Source: Candidatus Moranella endobia PCIT (GTDB lineage: Bacteria > Pseudomonadota > Gammaproteobacteria > Enterobacterales > Enterobacteriaceae). Taken from it: 32,000 nt of DNA. The stretch covers positions 180,001-212,000 of the forward strand of contig NC_015735.1 in NCBI RefSeq assembly GCF_000219175.1. The letters run 5' to 3'. The notes beneath the pieces were generated by a model. The model made no database searches, was not told the DNA's origin, and saw only the letters and a program-made list of their open reading frames with translations. Positions within the stretch are counted from its first letter, which is position 1, and each line of letters starts with the position of its first letter. This document shows positions 1-10,190 of this stretch, in pieces. A program made the translations under genes and the position numbers.

Positions 1-1818
1 CTTGGTCGCCCGGATCTTACCAATAAAATTAAACTTTACAGTGGTGAAATTTCTCTATTTAGCCACTACCAGATTGAATCACAGATTGAATCTGCTTTTC
101 AGCGTGAAGTAAGGTTACCCTCAGGCGGATCAATTGTGATTGATACCACTGAGGCCCTTACTGCAATTGATATTAACTCTGCACGTTCCACCCGTGGCGT
201 TGATATTGAAGAAACCGCTTTTAATACTAACCTAGAAGCTGCCGATGAGATCGCTCGTCAGCTACGCCTACGTGACCTAGGTGGTCTTATTGTAATTGAC
301 TTCATTGATATGACTCCTGCATGTCATCAGCGCAAAGTAGAAAATTGCCTACGCGAATTAGTGTGTCAGGATCGTGCTCGGATTCAAATCGGACATATCT
401 CCAATTTTGGTTTATTAGAACTCTCCCGTCAACGCCTGCGTCCATCGCTGGGTGAATCAAGTCATCACGTCTGCCCCCGTTGCAGTGGCACTGGTACCAT
501 CCGTGATAACGAATCCCTTTCGCTTGCCATATTACGTCTTATTGAAGAAGAAGCACTGAAAGATAATACCCACGAAGTGCATGCAATAGTGCCAGTTCCT
601 ATTGCTTCTTATTTGCTCAATGAAAAACGTGAAGCCGTATCTGCAATAGAGAAACGCCAAGGTGGTGTCAGAGCCATTATCGTCCCGAATGACCAAATGC
701 ATACCCCTAATTACATGGTTTTACGTGTGCGTAAGGGCGAAGAAGCGTCTATTTTAAGCTATATGCTACCGCAATTACATGAAGCCGAGATGATACAGAC
801 TGCTGAAGATTTTACTTCAGAGCGTAAGCGTGTAGAAAAAACAGCGCAGGCTGAGTTAGTCATGTCCGATCAATCGCTGGTGAATGAGCAGCTGCCATAC
901 TCTGCAAATAAAGCCACTAAAGCTAATGCTGTCACTTTGCGGAACGTTGGTAATGCTCGCGGCCTTTTTGACCGTCTGGTTGCTAGCTTACAATCGATTA
1001 TTGGCATACCCATGCCACAACATCCTGAAAATAGTAACGTCGAAGCGTTAATAGCATCGTCTTCTGCAGAGTCAGCAACTAAGCGTAATAACGAACAGAT
1101 TCGTGCTGTGCAGAACAGTAGGCAAAATTGCCAAAATATTCGTGATTATAATCGTCAAAAGCGGAATAAGAACTACACCGAGATTGATAATTTTAACGAG
1201 ATAATTGACAAGAAGCAACATCAAGATCAGCTACAACAAAAACAACAACAAAAGCAACCTGGTAGTGAACCTGGTCAAGAAGATCGCAAACGACGACTCG
1301 TGCAGAAAATAGAAGCAATATCAACAAACACCGAGGTCATATCAGACAGTAACTATACTACCAGAGAAGCGGATAAACTGATTTATGACCAACCTCATCA
1401 TCAGCGTCGTACACTAACCAATCAAATTAGCGTAGTAGATCAGGTAAATATACTTCATGAATCTCAGATATTCGACAATTCGATCAATAATTTGACTGTA
1501 TTCAATGCGGTCAAAAAACAACATGATGATATCGAAAATTTTAATAATAATAAGAATACGATGCAAGATACGCAAGATATCAGCAATGCAAACAACAGTA
1601 GATTTGAAGACAACCAGACTAGCTTGCCACGTCGTTCTCGCCGGTCACCTCGTCATTTACGCGTTAGCGGTCAACGCCGTCGCCGTTATCGTTCCGGACG
1701 TTATCTAATTGCCTCACCGGTGGTAACGCTTACAAGTGCCGTAATATCTCCAGAAATAGCCTCGGGTAAAGTATGGGTGAGTTATCTTGAGCAAAAAAAA
1801 CCGGTGGTAAGAATATAA
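1..1818 (+). CDS. rne: Ribonuclease E, 5'-truncated by window edge; catalytic domain plus shortened C-terminal region
   Basis: Frame 1 is open from base 1 ([62 protein letters not shown]), so the gene starts upstream of ORF start 136. RNase E motifs are present: [22 protein letters not shown], Zn-link CPRCSGTG, and the C-terminal [22 protein letters not shown] segment. Confidence 0.97.
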   Translation, partial: LGRPDLTNKIKLYSGEISLFSHYQIESQIESAFQREVRLPSGGSIVIDTTEALTAIDINSARSTRGVDIEETAFNTNLEAADEIARQLRLRDLGGLIVIDFIDMTPACHQRKVENCLRELVCQDRARIQIGHISNFGLLELSRQRLRPSLGESSHHVCPRCSGTGTIRDNESLSLAILRLIEEEALKDNTHEVHAIVPVPIASYLLNEKREAVSAIEKRQGGVRAIIVPNDQMHTPNYMVLRVRKGEEASILSYMLPQLHEAEMIQTAEDFTSERKRVEKTAQAELVMSDQSLVNEQLPYSANKATKANAVTLRNVGNARGLFDRLVASLQSIIGIPMPQHPENSNVEALIASSSAESATKRNNEQIRAVQNSRQNCQNIRDYNRQKRNKNYTEIDNFNEIIDKKQHQDQLQQKQQQKQPGSEPGQEDRKRRLVQKIEAISTNTEVISDSNYTTREADKLIYDQPHHQRRTLTNQISVVDQVNILHESQIFDNSINNLTVFNAVKKQHDDIENFNNNKNTMQDTQDISNANNSRFEDNQTSLPRRSRRSPRHLRVSGQRRRRYRSGRYLIASPVVTLTSAVISPEIASGKVWVSYLEQKKPVVRI

Positions 1819-1999
1819 TTGTAACTACCGAGTAGTCACTACCAAATTGCCGACAAGATACTACTGTCAGTTGAACTGATGCGATTGATGAAAATATTCC
1901 AACGATAATATGTCACGCTAAGGGAAAATTAGCGTATGCTAATATAGCGTCAATATATATGACGATTACCAATAGATTTTCATGTTAAAATAATCAGCA

Positions 2000-2028
2000 A
2001 ACAACCAGGGTAAGCCGCCCCGGTTGTT
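2000..2028 (-). terminator. Putative terminator hairpin of the manXYZ operon
   Basis: 11-bp arms AACAACCAGGG/CCCCGGTTGTT (one A-C mismatch in + strand terms) with a 7-nt loop, 13 bp past the manZ stop. Minus-strand sequence continues TTTGCTGATTATTTT, an imperfect U tract. Confidence 0.5.
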
Positions 2029-2041
2029 ACTATAACTTAAC

Positions 2042-2896
2042 TTACAATCCTAACAGTCCAAACCAATATCCTGCAATACCTATAATAAAGAAACCAATAA
2101 TAATCCACAGTGCGTTTACTGTGCGTCGTAGAAGCCACATACAGCCTAAGGTAAGCAGCAATGGCACCAAACCTGGCATCAATTGATCAAGAACTGTTTG
2201 GACCGTAGTAACGGTAGTTTGTCCATCAGTGTTAGTAATACGGGAAATAACAACTGGAATATTAACTTGAGTCCATTTATTTACTAACGCTCCCAGAACA
2301 AATAGCCCAAGAATAGACGCCCCTTCGGTAATTTTTTTTAGTAAGCCGCCGCAACCAATATCATGAACAATATTCACCCCTTTACGATAGCCGTAAGATA
2401 TGCCGTAATAACGGGTAATTAGACGAACTAGGTTAAACATAATAAAAAATAACATAGGACCAAGCAAATTGCCGCTTAAGGCGATGCCGGCACCAAGAGC
2501 AGCAAATACTGGTCGTACGGTACCCCAGAAAATTGGATCGCCAACCCCTGCTAACGGACCCATTAGACCAACTTTCATACCATTGATGACGGCGTCGTCA
2601 ATTGATGCACCGTTAGCACGCTGTTCTTCCATGGCTATGGTGACGCCTAAAACCGGCGCTGCAACATAAGGATGAGTATTAAAAAACTCCAGATGACGTT
2701 TAAGCGCCTGCTTACGGTCTTCATTATTTTCAGGATAAAGGCGACGAATAACCGGTATCATCGTGAAACAAAAACCTAGCGCCTGCATACGTTCAAAGTT
2801 CCAGGATCCTTGAAAAAGATTAGATCGTATAAATACGCTGCGTATATCGCCAGACGTAAGTTTTTTTTGACCTGTAGCGTTAGTAGTATACAACAT
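2042..2896 (-). CDS. manZ: PTS mannose transporter subunit IID
   Basis: 284 aa, full length; LTSGDIRSVFIRSNLFQGSWNFERMQALGFCFTMIPVIRRLYP and GPLAGVGDPIFWGTVRP are typical of ManZ. Adjacent to manY and manX. Confidence 0.96.
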   Translation of the reverse strand: MLYTTNATGQKKLTSGDIRSVFIRSNLFQGSWNFERMQALGFCFTMIPVIRRLYPENNEDRKQALKRHLEFFNTHPYVAAPVLGVTIAMEEQRANGASIDDAVINGMKVGLMGPLAGVGDPIFWGTVRPVFAALGAGIALSGNLLGPMLFFIMFNLVRLITRYYGISYGYRKGVNIVHDIGCGGLLKKITEGASILGLFVLGALVNKWTQVNIPVVISRITNTDGQTTVTTVQTVLDQLMPGLVPLLLTLGCMWLLRRTVNALWIIIGFFIIGIAGYWFGLLGL

Positions 2897-2914
2897 GTCT
2901 CTTACCTATTTTAA

Positions 2915-3718
2915 TTAATCGAGTTCATTATCAATATATTTAGTACTATGCTTCGGTATTGCATCTACTGAGACCCGGTTGTAGTTCGGGCTGAGCTGGA
3001 TATAGAGTATAGCCATTATTACCCCAATCACACCTATTGCTACTAGATTGACACTAGTGAATGCAGCGGTGACAAAACCTAGGTAAAAAAACGGCATCAA
3101 ATATCCAGCGCGCATCATATTAATGACCATAGCATAACCGACTACTACAATTATTCCGCCAGAGATATTTAGCCCATTAGTTATAACGTCAGGAATCAAT
3201 CTAAGCATATTGTGTATAGTGTCAGTACCGACCGATAAGCTGACTATTACTGCAGGAATGGCGATACGCATCGCCTGAAGTATCAGTGCCGAGATGTGGA
3301 TCAAACTAAGCACCATTAGGTTTCCACGTTCAGCAATACTGTCGGCAATATGCTGAAAAAAAACGGTTATGGTGCGCACAATGATGTTTAATACCTGTCC
3401 TGCTGCAGCTATTGGAATCGCCAGAGCGATACCAGCACCGACACTTTGATTACCGGCGATTACTAGAATGGTAGAAATAATTGATGCCAGCGCTGCATCT
3501 GGCGCCACCGCTGCACCAATATTCATCCAACCAAGAGCGATCATTTCCAATGTACCACCGATGATGATACCTGTTTTCAGGTCTCCCAGGATCATACCAA
3601 CCAAAGTACAAGCCACCAACGGACGATGAAACTGAAATTCGTCTAAAATTGATCCCATGCCTGTAATACAGGCAACAACGAATATCATAACAGTTTGACA
3701 CGTGGTGATTTCCATCAT
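2915..3718 (-). CDS. manY: PTS mannose transporter subunit IIC
   Basis: 267 aa; VACITGMGSILDEFQFHRPLVACTLVGMILGDLKTGIIIGGTLEMIALGWMNIGAAVAPDAALASIISTILVIAG, C-terminus DNELD. Confidence 0.97.
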   Translation of the reverse strand: MMEITTCQTVMIFVVACITGMGSILDEFQFHRPLVACTLVGMILGDLKTGIIIGGTLEMIALGWMNIGAAVAPDAALASIISTILVIAGNQSVGAGIALAIPIAAAGQVLNIIVRTITVFFQHIADSIAERGNLMVLSLIHISALILQAMRIAIPAVIVSLSVGTDTIHNMLRLIPDVITNGLNISGGIIVVVGYAMVINMMRAGYLMPFFYLGFVTAAFTSVNLVAIGVIGVIMAILYIQLSPNYNRVSVDAIPKHSTKYIDNELD

Positions 3719-3728
3719 ACTTCTCCTA

Positions 3729-4697
3729 TCACTTATCTAGTTTTTTCAATAAATCTCGCAGTTGCAGGGGGTAATCACTGGCAACTTTACGAACTTCAAG
3801 CTTAATTCCACGTTCGTTGAGTTTTTTGAACGCCTCAATGTCTTTTGCATCTACCGAAACAGCATTATTAACCTGTTTTTTGCCATGCCGAAAGGCCATA
3901 CCACCAATATTGACTGATGTAATTACAACGCCACCCTCAACCAGACGCAAGACATCAGTCGGATTGGTAAATAATAACATGACGCGGTCATTTGCATATT
4001 TCGGATTATTATAAACACGGATAGCTTTTGCTACATCAACCACATGGGACGTTACTCCCGGAGGTGCCACCTGAGTGAGTAGATTTTTACGTAATGTATT
4101 TGCTGCTACTTCGTCGCTTACCACAATTATGCGTGTAATGTTAGTTGCTTTCGTCCAGCAGGTAACAACCTGGCCATGTATCAGACGGTCATCGATACGC
4201 GCCAGACTGATGTTCATGTGTACACCGTTGTTAATATGGTTACTGAGATCAGATGCTGCTATGGGAACTGCAGCGGTGACTAGTTCCACCTGTTTCTGTT
4301 CTGTAGCTTTCAGCACTTTTACGCCAATACGTCCGGTTTCCACGGCAGTGCAAACCAGGTTTTGAAAGGACTGATTATCATCACGGGCCATAAAAGTTTC
4401 AGTAAGCATGGGTATATTCACACCAGTAACCACTTCATAATTATCTTTATCGATAACAATTTGGCTAGCAGCATTAAAAGGGCTACCTCCCCAGGTATCG
4501 ACTAGAAACAATACACCAGCGGTGGTATCTAGATGTTCTAGACAGGTAGCATATTTTTTTATTAAAGTTTCAGTATTTTCGCCTGGAATGAAATCAATCC
4601 AGGCGACATTTTTTTGTGCACCTAAAATCATTTCCGATGTTTTAAGTAATTGCTCGGCCGCTGACCCGTGAGTGCCAATAACAATAGCAATACTCAC
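3729..4697 (-). CDS. manX: PTS mannose transporter subunit IIAB
   Basis: 322 aa; IIA N-terminus MSIAIVIGTHGSAAEQLL and IIB domain ISLARIDDRLIHGQVVTCWTK. First gene of a manXYZ-ordered cluster. Confidence 0.97.
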   Translation of the reverse strand: MSIAIVIGTHGSAAEQLLKTSEMILGAQKNVAWIDFIPGENTETLIKKYATCLEHLDTTAGVLFLVDTWGGSPFNAASQIVIDKDNYEVVTGVNIPMLTETFMARDDNQSFQNLVCTAVETGRIGVKVLKATEQKQVELVTAAVPIAASDLSNHINNGVHMNISLARIDDRLIHGQVVTCWTKATNITRIIVVSDEVAANTLRKNLLTQVAPPGVTSHVVDVAKAIRVYNNPKYANDRVMLLFTNPTDVLRLVEGGVVITSVNIGGMAFRHGKKQVNNAVSVDAKDIEAFKKLNERGIKLEVRKVASDYPLQLRDLLKKLDK

Positions 4698-5701
4698 TGG
4701 AACCTCCTATATATTGATAAATGAATTATGCACCTCAAACGAAAGACTTGTTGAGGATTATAACGTTTATACCTTATTTATCACTGTAAATTCAGTATAG
4801 TAAATCATGATTTATGAGAGTTTGTAAAAAATAAAAACCAATTATTTGGCTGATAAAATTTGTACAATCTAAGAACAAAGCATAGTTGAGGTGAAGTATG
4901 AACAGACCATCACAGGAAACAGTTTTTTTGCTGGGCGGTAATTAATAACGGATAGAGTTAAATTCTCAAAGCAGACGGTTAGCTAGCGTTTAGTAATGGT
5001 ATCAAACATACCACAGCATCCAAGTCGCATTAGTTTTGAAGTAGTTTTATAAAAGTTTAATAAAATTCTGTTTTTTTGTTGCTGTTAGCAATCAGACTAT
5101 AACCGACAATGTCGTAAATAATATTGGTTAGCCAACATAATATGATAGTTAAGTATGGCAATATTGGTATTCATCGTACCAAAACAGCTTAGCTAAACAG
5201 CTAAGCTAACTAACATAACCCATCCATAAACCATAACCAATATACCACAGCACTACGACGCTGTGGTTCAATACTGTCAATAATTTTCATCAACAGTGTA
5301 ACTTTGGTACGCCATTCATATGTAACCTGCCGGGGGAGGTAAAGCATATGCCATCATATAATAGACAATTATAGTAAAGGTCTGTCTATATAGCAAACAC
5401 CAATCAATGATTGAGCTACAAGGTTAATATCATTACGTAGCAAGTCAACCATGATTAAGCTTCTGTTTTACGTATTTGGTATTAGTTAGCTTGATCAATA
5501 TTCCTGATTACTGTAATTGGGCGGGTTCACCACCTTCTAGCGAGCGCCGCTACCAGAATTCATAACTGCTACGGCTAGGTAAGTTTTATTACCTAATTTT
5601 GTGTGTTTATTCAGTGCTATAATGTCATAGTACTAGCTTAATGCTGAATGCCATAAACATAACAGTAGTAATTTACGTAGTTACTGTTAAACAGAAAAAC
5701 T

Positions 5702-5893
5702 ATGTTAAACAATTGGCTTATATTAACTCATCATCAACAGCAAAAAGCCGTTGAACATATTCAGGCATTAATAGCCAACAGCATGAGTAGCAGTGAAGCT
5801 ATTTCGCTGGTTGCTAGCGCACTACGTGCAGAACAACTAGCAAAATGTTCAACTGAAATTGAGATGATGATTAGACTAAGCCAAGAACATTAA
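5702..5893 (+). CDS. yoaH: UPF0181 family protein YoaH
   Basis: 63 aa; [38 protein letters not shown] matches the YoaH pattern [36 protein letters not shown]. Confidence 0.85.
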   Translation: MLNNWLILTHHQQQKAVEHIQALIANSMSSSEAISLVASALRAEQLAKCSTEIEMMIRLSQEH

Positions 5894-6183
5894 GCGCAAG
5901 TGGCCTACTCTGGCTAAAATGGTGCAGTAATTTACTGTGATTGTATTTTGTAACTATTTTCATGGTTATAATAACCCCCATGCTAATAGAATATTTTACA
6001 GTCATTGCACGCCACCGCCATCAAATATATAGAATGTTGGCTATATCTACCAAGATAACTATATCAACCAACTCACAGTAGACTATAACTGATCTCATGA
6101 TCATTCTAATTACTATGAGGTACAATGTTAGTAAAATTGAAACACGCTAGTTTCAGTTATAAGTTATTATATAACAATTATTT

Positions 6184-6705
6184 ATGAATCAATTTATGAT
6201 TTTTTGCTCAACAAAACGTGTAGCTTGGTTACTATTGGCACTTACTGCATTCGCACTGGAGCTTATCGCACTCTACTTTCAGATTGTTTTGCTGCTTAAT
6301 CCTTGTGTATTGTGTACATATCAACGTTACGCTCTTTACGGTATAGTTGTAGCCGGACTGTTAGGGGCCATAGCGCCTAACAGTCCGCTACTGCGTTTTT
6401 TTGGGCTAACAATTTGGCTATATAGTGCCTGGCAAGGACTGATACTAGCGATAAAACATACCGATATTCAACTTCATCCATCCACGTTCGTGACCTGTAA
6501 ATTTTTTATTAATTTCCCGTTCTGGCTACCGTTTGGCAAGCAACTACCATCTAACGATTGCACTGTCCACCAATGGCATTTTTGTTCGATGAAAATACCA
6601 CAATGGTTGATACTAATATTCAGTGTTTATCTAGCAGTAGCGGCGGTTATGTTTATTTCACAATGTTTATCTACGTGCAAACGTTACTTTTTTAACAAAA
6701 AATAG
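6184..6705 (+). CDS. dsbB: Disulfide bond formation protein B
   Basis: 173 aa; WLLLALTAFALELIALYFQ, catalytic CVLC, YQRYAL, TIWLYSAWQG, and second cysteine pair (FVTCKF, NDCTVHQW). Confidence 0.95.
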   Translation: MNQFMIFCSTKRVAWLLLALTAFALELIALYFQIVLLLNPCVLCTYQRYALYGIVVAGLLGAIAPNSPLLRFFGLTIWLYSAWQGLILAIKHTDIQLHPSTFVTCKFFINFPFWLPFGKQLPSNDCTVHQWHFCSMKIPQWLILIFSVYLAVAAVMFISQCLSTCKRYFFNKK

Positions 6706-6717
6706 AATCAGCTATTA

Positions 6718-6754
6718 AACAGTATTTAGTTCTATTTTAGAACTAAATACTGTT
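6718..6754. terminator. Long perfect hairpin after dsbB (candidate terminator or 3' mRNA stabiliser)
   Basis: AACAGTATTTAGTTCT-ATTTT-AGAACTAAATACTGTT: 16-bp perfect arms, 5-nt loop, starting 13 nt after the dsbB stop. No clean T tract. Confidence 0.5.
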
Positions 6755-6997
6755 CTTGTATGTTTAACTACGGGCAGTACGATATTTATACTAATATTCG
6801 ATAAATTATTGGCACTTTGATTAGTATTGTTGAGTTTCTATATCCGCTTATTAGAATAAATCATTGATATAATAGTATTTGTCGCAGTTTACCAGCAGTT
6901 CTTTAGTCTGTTATATTTATAACATATACAGTACGATAGGATGTCATCTACTGTGGTTCAGCTGGCAACAACACGTATTAAGACTGAGTTAGGAGAA

Positions 6998-7687
6998 ATG
7001 TCGAAAACGTCAATTAAATTGAAAGGTAGTAATTTTACTTTATCAGTCATTTATGTGTATGATGCGCAACCAGAGGAAATACGTCAGGCAATCGAGGAAA
7101 AAGTTAAACAAGCACCTGGCTTTTTGAAAGATGCACCTGTTGTCATCAACGTCTCTGGCCTCAGTGACGATACTCAATGGGATACAATTTCTAAGGCCGT
7201 GCTGGCTACCAATCTACATATTATCGGCGTCAGCGGTTGTCGCGATAGTCAATTGAAACAGGCAATTGCTAGCAGCGGACTACCACTGCTTACCGAAGAC
7301 CAAGTAAAAAAAAAGCGCAGCTTAACAGATACTACCCAGCCTCAAGTGCCAGCCGCGGTAAAAACGCAGCTTGTTAATATGCCAGTGCGCTCTGGACAGC
7401 AAATTTACGCCCGTAACAGCGATCTAATCGTAACAAGTAGCGTTAGCTCAGGCGCCGAGCTTATGGCCGATGGCAATATACATATCTATGGCATGATGCG
7501 AGGTCGCGCTCTTGCCGGTGCATCAGGCGACGTTGAGTGCCAGATTTTCTGTGCTAATTTTTCCCCAGAACTAGTATCAATAGCCGGTAAGTATTGGTTA
7601 ATTGATACCATTCCAGCGGAATTTTTAGATAAGGCAGTGCGGTTATTTCTACAAGACGGCACGCTTACCATTCATCATTTAACTTAG
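6998..7687 (+). CDS. minC: Septum site-determining protein MinC
   Basis: The ORF track opens at 6941, but ATG 6998 with upstream AGGAG gives [17 protein letters not shown], aligning with E. coli MSNTPIELKGSSFTLSV. C-terminal domain [48 protein letters not shown]. Confidence 0.95.
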   Translation: MSKTSIKLKGSNFTLSVIYVYDAQPEEIRQAIEEKVKQAPGFLKDAPVVINVSGLSDDTQWDTISKAVLATNLHIIGVSGCRDSQLKQAIASSGLPLLTEDQVKKKRSLTDTTQPQVPAAVKTQLVNMPVRSGQQIYARNSDLIVTSSVSSGAELMADGNIHIYGMMRGRALAGASGDVECQIFCANFSPELVSIAGKYWLIDTIPAEFLDKAVRLFLQDGTLTIHHLT

Positions 7688-7708
7688 CCCTTGACAAGGA
7701 ATCTATTT

Positions 7709-8524
7709 ATGGCACGTATTATAGTTGTTACTTCTGGTAAAGGGGGCGTTGGAAAAACCACATCAAGCGCGTCCATCGCTACCGGTTTAGCCCGCAAAGG
7801 AAAAAAAACCGTAGTAATCGATTTTGATATCGGACTACGAAACCTAGATTTGATCATGGGTTGTGAGCGGAGAGTAGTATATGACTTTGTCAATGTCGTC
7901 CAGGGAGCTGCTCGATTGACTCAGGCGCTTATAAAAGATAAGCGTACAGATAATTTATATATTTTGCCTGCTTCTCAGACTAAGGACCAAGATGCTCTAA
8001 CCTGCGCCGGTGTAGAAAAGTTATTGAATGATCTTAACAAGATGGAATTCGATTTTATTGTTTGCGATTCACCAGCTGGTATTGAAACGGGTGCCCTAAT
8101 GGCACTTTATTTTGCTGATGAAGCGATCATAACAACCAATCCGGAAGTTTCGTCAGTGCGTGACTCTGACCGAATTCTAGGTATTCTATCGTCTAAATCG
8201 CGTCGTGCTGAGATTGGTCAGGAACCAATTAAAGAGCACCTACTGTTGAACCGTTATAATCCTGGTCGTGTCAGTCGCGGTGATATGCTAAGTATAGATG
8301 ATGTTATTGAAATTCTGCGCATTCCTCTGGTAGGCGTTATTCCGGAGGACCAATCGGTATTGCAAGCATCTAACCAAGGTGAGCCTGTCATTCTTAATGA
8401 GGATTCTGATGCTGGCCAAGCTTATTCAGATATGGTTGATCGTCTTTTAGGGCAAGAATGTCCCTTCCGATTTATCGCCGAACCACAAAAAAAGAGCTTA
8501 CTGAAACGCCTGTTTGGAGTATAA
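7709..8524 (+). CDS. minD: Septum site-determining ATPase MinD
   Basis: Start moved from TTG 7691 to ATG 7709 (upstream AAGGA), giving MARIIVVTSGKGGVGKTTSSASIATGLA. Deviant Walker A; C-terminal amphipathic KKSLLKRLFGV. Confidence 0.97.
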   Translation: MARIIVVTSGKGGVGKTTSSASIATGLARKGKKTVVIDFDIGLRNLDLIMGCERRVVYDFVNVVQGAARLTQALIKDKRTDNLYILPASQTKDQDALTCAGVEKLLNDLNKMEFDFIVCDSPAGIETGALMALYFADEAIITTNPEVSSVRDSDRILGILSSKSRRAEIGQEPIKEHLLLNRYNPGRVSRGDMLSIDDVIEILRIPLVGVIPEDQSVLQASNQGEPVILNEDSDAGQAYSDMVDRLLGQECPFRFIAEPQKKSLLKRLFGV

Positions 8525-8842
8525 GCCACATTTTATTTTTTTTATAGTACGTTTTATGGCAGGAAAGCTAATAATAATGAGGGATGGTATTGAGGACACC
8601 ATTTAGTACAACTCAAGCAATATTACCTTAACATTTCTGGTCGAGTGATTTTGATGGGCTGAGAGCAAATTTGCTGTAAAAACGTACTGTGCCACGAATA
8701 TGGTCAATATGTTTGGATCTATAAGCAAGCAATACCTCTATTGGGCAGTAAAAATCCATTGCTGTCTATGACAATAGGTACGAAGAAATATTAATTTTTT
8801 TTCAAAAAAAATAACTATACTATCTTCCAGGATTTGACAGCT

Positions 8843-9097
8843 ATGGTATTAATTGATTTTTTTCTAGCCCGTAAAAAAAATACAGCCAATATAGCAAAAG
8901 AACGTCTGCATAGCATAGTTGCTGAACGACGAGGTTCTAACGAACCTTATTATTTGCCTCAATTGAAAAGTGATCTTCTGGAAGTTATTAGTAAATATGC
9001 AAAAATAGATATTACAATGATTTCTATTCAGTTAGATCAAAAAGATGAGAATCTATCTATTCTGGAACTTAACGTCAAGTTAACTGACACACACTGA
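8843..9097 (+). CDS. minE: Cell division topological specificity factor MinE
   Basis: ATG 8843 gives [56 protein letters not shown], a clear MinE. The ORF track began at TTG 8834. Confidence 0.96.
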   Translation: MVLIDFFLARKKNTANIAKERLHSIVAERRGSNEPYYLPQLKSDLLEVISKYAKIDITMISIQLDQKDENLSILELNVKLTDTH

Positions 9098-9203
9098 AAA
9101 TAACAACGAACGATAACCACTTACTACTCAGCTATATCAGTTAAATTAACGGTTATTAATAATGCTATTATTATACATTGGATGTTGATTAGCAGCTTCA
9201 TTC

Positions 9204-9953
9204 TTAATTAGCAGATGCAGATAATTTTCCATTTATCAATTTAGGTGCGTCTAGGGAATTTTTACATGCAACTGCATTACGTAAATAAGTTGGTTCTACA
9301 AGTACGACCGCATGATTATTGCCGTGTCGATAATGATGAAGCGCTAGCGGTAAAATATCTTGTGCGCTTGGGAACAACGTTTTACCTGATACTAACTTTA
9401 AACCAACGTGATTTAGTAGTGTTGGATAGGTTTGCCAACCGGTACCGGCGGTAGCCCAGCATCCGGTTAAATCTGTACTTATAGCAGCTAGTACATCCGG
9501 TACTACTATTTTTTCGTGTTCTTCGCCTAACCAAACGCCATCATGACGTTTATACGTCGCCCAATACACTTCTCCCATACGCGCATCTATGGCGGTCAGC
9601 ACCTTGCATATACCAGTACGTCGCCAAGCGCCTTCAGCCAGTGCTGCTAGCGTGGAAACGCCAATAAGCTGCAGATTGGCCCCAAGCGCAAGTCCCTGGG
9701 CAATGCAGATGCTAATACGAACACCAGTAAAGCTGCCTGGGCCACGACCAAAAGCGATAGCGTCTAGACTATATAGACTAATGTCAGCCTCTGCTAAAAG
9801 GCTATCTACCATAGGAAGAATGAGTTGCGTGTGTTCGCGAGGTGCCACAACAAATCGTTCCAGAACAACCTCGTTGTCTAGCATCAGCGCGGCAGAACAA
9901 GCGGCGGTAGTGCTATCAATGGCTAAAATATGGGTAGCCATGTCAAATTTCAT
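9204..9953 (-). CDS. tsaB: tRNA threonylcarbamoyladenosine biosynthesis protein TsaB
   Basis: HILAIDSTTAACSAAL, REHTQLILPMVDSLL, GRGPGSFTGVRISICIAQGLALG, AIDARMGEVYWA. The true start may be the ATG at 9941. Confidence 0.95.
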   Translation of the reverse strand: MKFDMATHILAIDSTTAACSAALMLDNEVVLERFVVAPREHTQLILPMVDSLLAEADISLYSLDAIAFGRGPGSFTGVRISICIAQGLALGANLQLIGVSTLAALAEGAWRRTGICKVLTAIDARMGEVYWATYKRHDGVWLGEEHEKIVVPDVLAAISTDLTGCWATAGTGWQTYPTLLNHVGLKLVSGKTLFPSAQDILPLALHHYRHGNNHAVVLVEPTYLRNAVACKNSLDAPKLINGKLSASAN

Positions 9954-10190
9954 TGATTAACACAAATTTACTATAAGTATAGCATAGAATATGCGCTGTA
10001 AAGAAAGAAAATAAGTTATATCGAACTTATTCAGCATGCTGATAATAGTTGGTTACAGCGCCATATATAATAAGCCTAGCCACCAGGTAAGTTAGTTAAA
10101 AGAATGAATCAGGTATCATCAGTTAAGCCATTTAATCTATGTGCTAAACAGCCTTTGAGCATAAAGATCCGCTGAGGATAAGCAAAAGTT

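Noticed and set aside
1505-1708. 67-aa + strand ORF in an alternative frame of rne
   Set aside because: Lies wholly inside the rne reading frame with low-complexity content; no recognisable protein.
2469-4365. Antisense/alternate ORFs over manZYX (2469-2669, 3450-3701, 3817-4014, 4075-4365)
   Set aside because: All shadow highly conserved man genes on the opposite strand; composition explained by the overlapping genes.
4898-4945. Tiny ORF MNRPSQETVFLLGGN with a good GAGGTG ribosome-binding site and a T7 run
   Set aside because: Only 15 codons; looks like a start-site remnant and matches nothing I recognise.
7486-9960. ORFs opposite minC, minD and tsaB (7486-7671, 7684-7893, 9245-9454, 9589-9960)
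   Set aside because: Antisense shadows of confidently identified genes.
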